Part shown: positions 8,789 through 17,300 of the stretch, one piece after another | Layout of the letters: the number at the start of each line of letters is the position of its first letter | How positions within the stretch are numbered: position 1 is the stretch's first letter | Origin: a virus | Taxonomy: Duplodnaviria; Caudoviricetes | Length of the DNA stretch: 25,971 nucleotides | IMG/VR virus record: IMGVR_UViG_3300036761_000756 | Span: 1-25,971 of that record | Reading direction: 5' to 3' (one strand) | Translations under genes and position numbers: made by a program | The notes under the pieces: model-generated | What the model saw: the letters and a program-made list of their open reading frames with translations, nothing else | The model's database searches: none | Told to the model about the DNA's origin: nothing

Positions 8789-8950
8789 ATGGTAGAACGT
8801 ACCGAATTTAAGAGCAAGCCAGTGTTGATTTTGAAGCGTACCGAAGATGATAAGTATCCTTTCTCATTTGGTATGGGTAAAGCGAAGTTGATTGTCGAGA
8901 ATTACGAAGCAATTCAAGCATTTGTTAAGGAGAATTCAAGTGAAAAATAA
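8789..8950 (+). CDS. conserved small protein (53 aa, MVERTEFKSKPVLILKRTEDDKYPFSFGMGKAKLIVENYEAIQAFV...)
   Basis: Strong AAGGAG SD; missed by the track; resembles a small conserved bacterial hypothetical family (recollection). Confidence 0.8.
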   Translation: MVERTEFKSKPVLILKRTEDDKYPFSFGMGKAKLIVENYEAIQAFVKENSSEK

Positions 8951-9101
8951 AGCGCGAATAGTGAGAACTTCTAAAGCATATATTTATTTAGAAGTAACAA
9001 TCGGAAAGACTAAGGTTTATTTTGAAATTTGCCCGATAGGTAGTGCTAAAGAGCATGTATTTGCTTTGAGTGAGTATTTTCAAGTTAATTTATCTAAATA
9101 G
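8940..9101 (+). CDS. hypothetical protein (GTG start)
   Basis: AAGGAG upstream of GTG 8940, in frame with track ORF 8892..9101. Confidence 0.6.
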   Translation: MKNKARIVRTSKAYIYLEVTIGKTKVYFEICPIGSAKEHVFALSEYFQVNLSK

Positions 9102-9176
9102 GGGAATAATTAAATGTCTTGGGAAGAAAATTTCGGGTCAATGTTATGGGAAACTGAATCTAATCGGAGGAATCAA

Positions 9177-9626
9177 ATGTCAACGGAAATAGCAAAAGGT
9201 AAGATTAAGGCTAAGGCAGGTAATGGCAACGGATTTCTTATTGATGGGGTAGAAGGTTGGTTTAATGCAAGTGCACAAGTAGTACCTTATCTCGCGAAGA
9301 TGAATAAGGGAGATGAAGTTGAAGTATCATATTTTAAGAAGGGTGTGAAGAAGGAAGTAACAATGTTGAAGAAAGTTGGTGCAACTCAGGAAGCTCCTAA
9401 AGCAGAAGTAGCGAAAGAGGAAGCGAAGACAGCAGAACCTAAGAAGACATATGGCGGTTCTTCTTATAATAATCCTGAACGTGATGCACAGATTCGTAGA
9501 GGTAATGCGTTAAACGCAGCCGGGGCAGCTATTTCTGGTAATTTCGCTGGAAATGACCCAGATACTTTAGCAGAAGCGTTGTTAATTGTTGCTCAGAAAG
9601 CACTCGATTGGTTAGAGACCGAATAA
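9177..9626 (+). CDS. probable ssDNA-binding protein (OB-fold-like N-domain, linker, helical C-domain)
   Basis: GGAGG SD at 9177; beta-rich N-domain with W-F and KGDEVEVSY; Ala/Glu/Lys linker; lies just before the primase-helicase; alternative start 9114. Confidence 0.6.
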   Translation: MSTEIAKGKIKAKAGNGNGFLIDGVEGWFNASAQVVPYLAKMNKGDEVEVSYFKKGVKKEVTMLKKVGATQEAPKAEVAKEEAKTAEPKKTYGGSSYNNPERDAQIRRGNALNAAGAAISGNFAGNDPDTLAEALLIVAQKALDWLETE

Positions 9627-9648
9627 TATATCGCTAAGAGGCATATAC

Positions 9649-11493
9649 ATGATAAGTATTGAAAAACTCTTTGAATATTTGGGAGAAAAACTTCCAGATT
9701 TTACAAAGACAACTAAACAGAGTAAATTTCTGTTTACGTGTCCCAATACAGCAGGACATAAATGGAAGGGAGCAACGGCGACGTTTATCCCTGGTTCCGA
9801 TAAAATCACATGTTTGACATGTGGATTTAGAGGGAACATTTATGATGTGATTCGTTTGGTTGAAAAGAAACCGAAAATGACTAACGAAGAAGTAATTTCT
9901 TTTCTGACGAATGAATTGCAAGTAGATGCTTATCCAGAATTAGAAGTCTATAAGAGCAGAAACTGGTCGTTAGTTCCAGTTGCTAAGAATGGTAAAGCAC
10001 CTATCGAAAAAGAGTGGACAGATAAAACTCATATAGAAAAAGCAGAATGGGTTAATTGGTTAGAACAAGGCTTTAATATTGGACTTAGAACAGGGGAAGT
10101 AAGTGATGTTACTGTAATCGATGTTGATTTAAAAGGAACACAATCAGAAGAATTTGAAGCGTTCTATCAAGAATTAATTGCAACAAAAACTCTCGTTCAG
10201 AATAGTCCGCATGGTAAGCACTTTATTTTTAAGTATGATAAAACATTAGAGCAAACAGTTCGTCTTGGTGGTTTGACTATTGATACACGAAACGACGGAG
10301 GACAAATTTTAATCGCTCCGAGTAAGATTAATAACGCTTCTTATTCGTGGATAAATGTAGAAGATGAGATTAAGATTATCCCCGAAGATATTAAAGCGAA
10401 GTTATTGTTATTGATGAAGACAGTTGCAACTACTAAGACAGAAATGTCCGCAGAAATGACGCAAGTTGCAGAGCAAGTGAAGACAATCGGAGAAGGTGGG
10501 AGAAACGGTCTCTTGACTTCACTTGGAGGATTACTTATTAATCATTTAAATGCTTCTCAAGTTGAATTAGTCTTGAGCATGATTAATAATAAGTTTATGA
10601 ATCCTCCTTTGCCTGCTTTTGAAATTAAAGGCATGCTTGGAAGTTTAACAGGATATAAAGAGACAGAAGAGCAGACGCAAGAAAAGGCTATATATGATTG
10701 CTGTCAGTTGATTCAGTCAGATATTTCTGCAAAAGATATTATGGAGCATACAGGAGTTAAAAGAGCAATAGCAGATAAATATCTAGCAAAGTTTCACAAA
10801 GAGGGTAAATTAGCTCGTAAAGGAAGAGGGCGTTATGATTTAAAAGCAAAAGTCGAATGGACAGACGAAGTACAAGCAACTGCTCCAGAATGTGAATATA
10901 ACATTCCGTATTTTGATGACCTCGCATATTTTCATAGCGGAGATATTATTCTTATTGGTGGTAAAACAGGAGAAGGCAAGACTCACATAGCTATGAATTT
11001 TGTCAAGCAATTTAAAGCGCAAGGTATCAAACCATTTTATATTTCCTTAGAGTCTGGTTCTCGACATGAAAAAGTTGCAACTCAATTAGGATTAAGTCAG
11101 AAAGATTATTATGTTTCTAAAGAAGCAATTGATAATCCTCTTCAGATGGAAATAGAAGCAAATTCGGTAACTATTATTGACTGGTTATATACTGGAGAAG
11201 ATTTTGCAGCAACACAGTCTATCTTTAAGCATTTGAGTGATGAAATGAAGCGTAAGGGTGGTATTCTTATAGTCTTTACGCAGTTGAAAGAGTCATACGA
11301 TTGGTTTGCAGTTAATTTGATTAAATCATTCGCACGTTTTGCAGCGCGATTTATTTATGACGATACAGATGGCATTGCATCTCATTTTGACGTATGTAAA
11401 ATTACTGACCCAAAAGGTCATTATTCTACAGCAATTGTCAGTACAGAATTTAACTTCGAAACCAAAGAACTTAAAAAGAAGCTAAATCTCTAA
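9649..11493 (+). CDS. primase-helicase: Zn-finger + bifunctional Prim-Pol + PriCT-like + HTH-like + RecA-type helicase
   Basis: CP....H...CLTC; NIGLRTG..VIDVD, GKHFIF, IDTR..GG...APS; EGGRN; PPLP..E; Walker A GKTGEGKT; Walker B IID. Confidence 0.9.
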   Translation: MISIEKLFEYLGEKLPDFTKTTKQSKFLFTCPNTAGHKWKGATATFIPGSDKITCLTCGFRGNIYDVIRLVEKKPKMTNEEVISFLTNELQVDAYPELEVYKSRNWSLVPVAKNGKAPIEKEWTDKTHIEKAEWVNWLEQGFNIGLRTGEVSDVTVIDVDLKGTQSEEFEAFYQELIATKTLVQNSPHGKHFIFKYDKTLEQTVRLGGLTIDTRNDGGQILIAPSKINNASYSWINVEDEIKIIPEDIKAKLLLLMKTVATTKTEMSAEMTQVAEQVKTIGEGGRNGLLTSLGGLLINHLNASQVELVLSMINNKFMNPPLPAFEIKGMLGSLTGYKETEEQTQEKAIYDCCQLIQSDISAKDIMEHTGVKRAIADKYLAKFHKEGKLARKGRGRYDLKAKVEWTDEVQATAPECEYNIPYFDDLAYFHSGDIILIGGKTGEGKTHIAMNFVKQFKAQGIKPFYISLESGSRHEKVATQLGLSQKDYYVSKEAIDNPLQMEIEANSVTIIDWLYTGEDFAATQSIFKHLSDEMKRKGGILIVFTQLKESYDWFAVNLIKSFARFAARFIYDDTDGIASHFDVCKITDPKGHYSTAIVSTEFNFETKELKKKLNL

Positions 11494-11669
11494 TGAGAAA
11501 ATGTCAATTCTGTAAATCATATTGTATTTTACGCGGACATGCCGGGCATAGATTCTGTCGAAAGCATCATCGTTTTGACAGATATTATTGGAACTATGCT
11601 AAGTTTTGTCCAGATTATGAATTTGATATTATTCATTTTATTTATGCAACATTAGGATTGTTACGATGA
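11493..11669 (+). CDS. small Cys/His-rich protein (58 aa)
   Basis: Hand-translated MRKCQFCKSYC...FCRKH...FCPDY; coupled at both ends. Confidence 0.6.
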   Translation: MRKCQFCKSYCILRGHAGHRFCRKHHRFDRYYWNYAKFCPDYEFDIIHFIYATLGLLR

Positions 11670-11872
11670 AAATTAAGATTAAAATTCCTTATGAAGAATG
11701 TGTTAAAACAAAAGCTGGAATAAATGAATATGTTTATAAGGAATTAGATAAAATATTTGATAAACAAATAGTAGATATAATAGATACGAATTGGTTTTTA
11801 GAAGATAGCCACAATGGAGTTATTTTTTGTATAGAGATAGAATTCCCGTTACAACACGAATGGAATTTCTAA
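11666..11872 (+). CDS. hypothetical protein
   Basis: ORF track; coupled at both ends. Confidence 0.7.
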   Translation: MKIKIKIPYEECVKTKAGINEYVYKELDKIFDKQIVDIIDTNWFLEDSHNGVIFCIEIEFPLQHEWNF

Positions 11873-12213
11873 TGAAAACTAGCAGAGAACAAGGCAAAAC
11901 ACTTGAAGAATATGTAGCGCAGAGATTGCGTTATGTCTTAGCAGATGAATCTATTCAACCTACAAAGGCATCTGGAGCTTCTACTCAATTAGGAGATATT
12001 CTTTGTAAGTATTTTTTAGTTGAATGTAAGCAAAGAAGTACAAAAAACATCACCATAAAAGAAGATGTTTGGAATAAGTTGTGTGCCGAATTACCCATAG
12101 ATAGTAAGCGAGTTCCGATGTATGTGTTAGAGAATATTAACAAGAAGCGATGGGTCTGCTTTGACTTTGATGACTTTATTCGCATACTGAAAAAGGTGCA
12201 AAATGACTTATAA
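11872..12213 (+). CDS. PD-(D/E)xK Holliday-junction resolvase-like nuclease (Hjc-type)
   Basis: G..LE..VA, SGA...GDI, VECK; TAATG start at 11872. Confidence 0.8.
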   Translation: MKTSREQGKTLEEYVAQRLRYVLADESIQPTKASGASTQLGDILCKYFLVECKQRSTKNITIKEDVWNKLCAELPIDSKRVPMYVLENINKKRWVCFDFDDFIRILKKVQNDL

Positions 12214-12769
12214 AGCAAAAGCAGGAGATATTTTTCTTTGTGATTCGCCCCGATTTGCTGCTACTATGGTTAAATTCTTAATGCAAGCTCCGACGATTTG
12301 GCAATGGCTTTATCGAGCGATTCGTCATACTCAGCAACCAGTAAGATTTTATCATGCAGGGATGATACTTGGCGATAGTGTGCTTATTGAACAGCAATCT
12401 AAAGTTCAATATGGAGAAACACAGAAGATTCTGAATAGAAAAGTAGTTGTATATCGTAAGAAAGATTTAACAGCAGAACAAGAAACTACGATTACTATGC
12501 GTGCAATTTCTGATTTAGGTCAAGGTTATGGACTTGTATTAGTAATAGCAAAGACTCTTACATGGTTGACAGGTCTTACGTTTTTCGTCAATGTCTTTGG
12601 AGCATTAGATAGAAAGCATGAAATATGTATTAATCGTGTTTGCAAGTGGTATAATCATATTTGCGATTTCGGGTCAAAGAAGTATTTTGTAGATAATACT
12701 AAATCTGTAGATGAATATTGTCAGTCTCATCCCGAAGAGTGGGAAGTTGTTTATCAGAACGGAGTATAA
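12203..12769 (+). CDS. permuted papain-like (YiiX/YebB, NlpC/P60) hydrolase
   Basis: GDIFL...HAG...YR...G..Y...IC: His precedes Cys, as in circularly permuted NlpC/P60. Confidence 0.65.
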   Translation: MTYKAKAGDIFLCDSPRFAATMVKFLMQAPTIWQWLYRAIRHTQQPVRFYHAGMILGDSVLIEQQSKVQYGETQKILNRKVVVYRKKDLTAEQETTITMRAISDLGQGYGLVLVIAKTLTWLTGLTFFVNVFGALDRKHEICINRVCKWYNHICDFGSKKYFVDNTKSVDEYCQSHPEEWEVVYQNGV

Positions 12770-12771
12770 TA

Positions 12772-13779
12772 ATGCCACGTGGAAGACCTAAGAAGAAATT
12801 AACAGATAAATTAGTAGAATCTCGTAAAGATGATTCTGTTATGGAAGATAAGAAAATGGATTTAATTCCTAATCCCGGTCAAAATCGAAAAGAAGCAGAA
12901 CCGCCAGAGAGAATAGATACTAAAGAATTTACAGAACGTAAAGCAAAGCTCGAAGCAGTATTGCGTGAAATTAATAAAGTAATTCCCGGTTCAGTTAATT
13001 ATGCCAATACTATCGAAGCGCGTGAACGACTGTCATTTGGATATAAGTGCTTAGATGATATTACTGGCGGTGGTATTGTTTATGGTAATACTACTACGAT
13101 TTGGGGAAGTAAAGGTTGCGGCAAGTCTACAATCGCATATAAGTTACTTGCGACAGCACAAAAGAATCACAAAATAGCAGCATATTTAGATGTAGAGCGT
13201 TCTTATGATGCTACATGGGCTAAGAAGTTTGGTGTAGATACAGAATCGCTTGTTTATGTTGCTTGCAAGACAGCAGAAGAAGTGCTCGATACAGTTATTA
13301 AACTCTGCAAGTCTTCTGTAGTAGATGTTATTGTCTTAGATTCAATTCAAGGTCTTTCTCCGCATGGTGAGCAGTATGAAGGCAAGGGAGAGAAAGATAA
13401 GTCAGTACAGAATGATACGATGGCTTTGTTAGCAAGAAAGTTGTCTCAGTTCTTTAGAATGGCAACGCCTTATATTTCAGATGCCAAATGTGCTTTAGTT
13501 TTAATTGGACAGGCTAGAATGGACTTAGGGTCGTTTATAAAGATGGAAACTTTAAGTGGCGGGCATGCTCTGATGCACAATAGTCGTCTTATATTGAGAC
13601 TTCGTAGAGGACAGAAAGCAGATGCTCCTACAGAGAAAGTTAAGAATGAAGATGGAAAAACAGAGAATGTACAAATAGGATTTGATTTATGTATTAAAGT
13701 AGATAAATCTCAGATTCAGAATTGTATTGAAGGAACTGAGATTCATGTGCCATTTCTTTATACGGACGGGATTCAATAA
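12772..13779 (+). CDS. recA: RecA/UvsX-like recombinase
   Basis: LD..TGGG, Walker A GSKGCGKS, YLDVE..D..WA...GVD, IVLDSI, ARKLSQ, IGQ.R, SGG.AL; start ATG 12772 behind GGAG. Confidence 0.93.
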   Translation: MPRGRPKKKLTDKLVESRKDDSVMEDKKMDLIPNPGQNRKEAEPPERIDTKEFTERKAKLEAVLREINKVIPGSVNYANTIEARERLSFGYKCLDDITGGGIVYGNTTTIWGSKGCGKSTIAYKLLATAQKNHKIAAYLDVERSYDATWAKKFGVDTESLVYVACKTAEEVLDTVIKLCKSSVVDVIVLDSIQGLSPHGEQYEGKGEKDKSVQNDTMALLARKLSQFFRMATPYISDAKCALVLIGQARMDLGSFIKMETLSGGHALMHNSRLILRLRRGQKADAPTEKVKNEDGKTENVQIGFDLCIKVDKSQIQNCIEGTEIHVPFLYTDGIQ

Positions 13780-14141
13780 TGAAAATCTTTATACTTGAAG
13801 ATTCTCAAGAGCGTATTAAATTCTTTAAAGATAAATTAATGAAGCATGAGTTATTTATCTTTGAACATGTTCACGAAGCAGAAATATTTATTCAGAATAA
13901 CGAAGTGGATATGATGTTTCTTGACCATGACCTCGAAGGATTTCATCATATTCCATCAGAGTTACCAATTTCTGGATATGAATTTGTTAAATTTATTGTG
14001 GAAAAAGGACTAGCGAAAAATGCAACAATCATTATTCATAGCATGGACGTTCCCGGTTCTGCGAACATGTATCATCTATTGAATAATAATGGATACAAAT
14101 CCACTCGTATTCCGTTTTGTTATTTAAAGTTTGAGGAGTAA
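13779..14141 (+). CDS. stand-alone receiver domain of the cyclic-phosphate-processing type
   Basis: ILED...R, FLDHDL, SGYE, IIHS motifs; no kinase or output domain nearby. Confidence 0.75.
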   Translation: MKIFILEDSQERIKFFKDKLMKHELFIFEHVHEAEIFIQNNEVDMMFLDHDLEGFHHIPSELPISGYEFVKFIVEKGLAKNATIIIHSMDVPGSANMYHLLNNNGYKSTRIPFCYLKFEE

Positions 14142-14144
14142 ATA

Positions 14145-14303
14145 ATGTGTAACGAATATTTTTTCGGAGTATGTTTGGTTTGTAATAAATGGAAAGCTTT
14201 AAAAGACGGTATCTGTACTTGGTGCGTCGAAGATAGCGTTCCAGTACCTGATTTTATTCAAGAACTGTTTAAAGACAAGAAGAAAGGACATAAAAAATGT
14301 TAG
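14145..14303 (+). CDS. small zinc-finger protein (52 aa)
   Basis: GAGGAG SD; CLVC...CTWC. Confidence 0.65.
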   Translation: MCNEYFFGVCLVCNKWKALKDGICTWCVEDSVPVPDFIQELFKDKKKGHKKC

Positions 14304-17300
14304 CGTTACCTTTAGTTAATATCGCCAATAACGGCAAAGACGTTATTCTCTTTTCTCGATATGGGAGAGAATTACGAATAACGAAAGATGCTACATTTCT
14401 GCCTTATTTCTTCGAGCCATCTGCGAAGGGGATTTTTATTACGATAGATGGTAAGAAGGTGAATAAGGTTTTTTGTCGGAAACCTTCAGAAGTTAAGCAG
14501 AAAAGAACTGAATTTAGCTATGAAGCTGATATTTTGTTCACTAAGAGATATATAATTGACAAAATAAGCGAATTCAGACCTGCCGAATTGAAGTATTCTT
14601 TTGTAGACATCGAAGTTATTACGAAAGAACTGCCTTCTCATTTAAATCCTATTCATCCCGTATCGTGTATTTCCTGTTCTAATTCTTATACAGATGAGAT
14701 TAAGACTTTCTTTTTGAAAGATTATCATATTCAAATAGATACTGATTTAGAAACAAAAGAAAAACAATTGTTAAATGAATTTGTAGAATGGACTCGCAAA
14801 GAGCAATTCGATATGATTTTAGGGTGGAACTTTATCGCATTTGATTATGTATATCTATCAGCAAGATATAAGTTTTTATTTGGAGTAGAATTAGCAGATA
14901 TGTTAAGTCCTCTGAATCAAAATAGATGGCTTAGTAAATCAAAAGTTGATATGCAAGAAATTCTTGCTCCAGTCGGATTGAGTATTATCGATTATTTAGA
15001 CTTCTTTAAGAAAGTTTATCGTACAGAATCTTCATATGCGTTAGATTCAATCGCTCAGAAGTATTTGAATGAGGAATCGATTGGTAAGTTTGATTTTAGT
15101 AAGTTGACAGAAGAAATCAAAGCAAAGAATATTAAAGATGTACAGAGAATGATTGCTTTAGATAAGAAGTTAAAACTCATTGCTTATTATGATGAAATTC
15201 GCAGAATGGGTAAATGTCTATGGGAAGATTTAACGTGGTATTCTAAAGTGCTTGATGTTATGTTATTATCAGAGGCAAAGCAAAAAGGCCTTATTCTTCC
15301 CTCAAAGAGATATAGCGAAGATATTATTGATGAGCCAGGCTTCGAAGGTGCCTATCGTAGATGCGAAACTGGGAGATTTGAAGGTTTATGGAAGGTTGAT
15401 TTATCGAGTGCGTACCCGGCAAGCATTATAAATTTCTGTCTTGATATTGCGAATCTAACAAATATTACAACAGAACAAAAGATTGATATTACAGATAGAG
15501 AAACAAATGAAATTAAGCAGACTATTTATGTAAAGCAAAATTTTAATGCAGTTCTACCAACATTAGCAAGAAAACTTGTCGCAAAAAAGGATACATTAAA
15601 GCGACAATTAAAAGCATTAGACCCAGAATCAGAAGAAGCCAAAGACTTGCAAATTAAGTATGATGCTACCAAAGCATTGGTCAATTCTTTGTTTGGAGTC
15701 TGTGGATTGAAAGTCTTTCGTTTGTTTGATTATCGTATAGCTTCTGCCATTACATCAATTGTACGAGATTTGTTGCATTATGTAGAAGATAAAGTACAGA
15801 CTCTTGGGATGAAAGTTATTTATCTTGATACAGACTCTTTCTTTATTGATGCAAAAGAGAATCCAACTGAGCTATTGAATAGTCTCATTAAACAATGGGC
15901 GAAAGAGAAATACAATAAAGATTCAATAGATATTGAATTCGATTGTGAGGGTCGATTCTCTACACTTTTAGTGATTGCTCTTTGTCATTATGTGGGGGAT
16001 TTAGAAACAAAGAAAGGCGTGAAGAGAGAGATAAAGGGTGTAGAAGCAAAGCGCAAAGATAGTTCTGTATTTATGAAGAAGTTTCAAGAAGAATTAATCG
16101 ATATGATTTTGAAAAATAAATCACGTGAAGCGATTGAGACATTTATTGCTTCACAAAAAGAAGCGATTAAACAAGCTCCTTTAGTTGAAATAGGTTTTCC
16201 TTGCAAGGTCAATAATGAGAAAGTTTATAAGAGTCCTCCAATCTTTCAGAGAGCATTAGAATATACAAAAGAATTAGTTCCGACTTTTGATAAAGTCTCC
16301 GGAGATTCTTTCTATTATATTTATGTAGACTCATTCGGGTCTGCTACTCGTAAATCTAGTCGTATGTGGAAGAATAAAGATACTGGAGTTAAAGAATTAC
16401 AGAAATCAGAAACCGAAGTTGATAAAGATGTTCTAGCATTTGATGCAGAAAGCTATTCTCATGTTAAGAATGTAAATTGGAACGAAATGCTGCGTAGAAC
16501 TATTAATGAAAAAGTAGAGCATATTTTTGAAGCTCTAAAATGGAATGTAGAACCTTCGAAGAAAGTCCTAGAAGATAGCCCCTTTCTTACAGGAAAGAAA
16601 CGTGGAGAAGCAATAAAAAAGAACACAGTTAAGAAAGAAATACTCGAAGAAGTTAAATGTCTACTCCCAATAAATGTCTTGCCGAAAGTAGACATTTCGA
16701 AGGAAGAGACATTTAATATTTCTCATTCATTTAAGACAAAAGCAGAGATAACGGATAGAACAATTATGGTAGCAGAAGCATTTGGGTTAGGGATTGATGA
16801 TGAGAAGTCATTTACTATTTATGACAATGTAGAACTAAAAGTAAAAACAGGAGATATTATTTATATTACTGGAGATTCTGGGAGTGGAAAGAGTTGGATA
16901 TTAAATAATGTATTTGCAAAGATGCCAAACGCGATTTCTATTAATGATTTAAAAATAGATGATAATGAAGTAGTAGTAGAAGGAGTAGGAAAGAATTTGA
17001 ATGATGCGTTAATGAAATTGAATATCGCCGGTTTGGGAGATGCGTTTTTGTATCTGCGTAAATATTCTCAGCTTTCAGATGGACAGAAATATCGTTATCG
17101 TATTGCGAAATTTATCGACCATGAAGAAAAAGCTATTTGGATACTTGACGAATTCTGTGCAACACTTGATAGAACTACAGCGAAAATTGTCGCAACTAAT
17201 TTGCATAAGATAGCAAGAAAGTTGTCTAAAACCGTAGTAGTAGCTACGACGCATACGGATTTGCTCGAAGAAATAAAACCGACAGTGCATATCGTCAAGG

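Noticed and set aside
9627-9648. Hairpin occluding the primase-helicase RBS (TATAT...ATATA)
   Set aside because: Short and AT-rich; too weak to support
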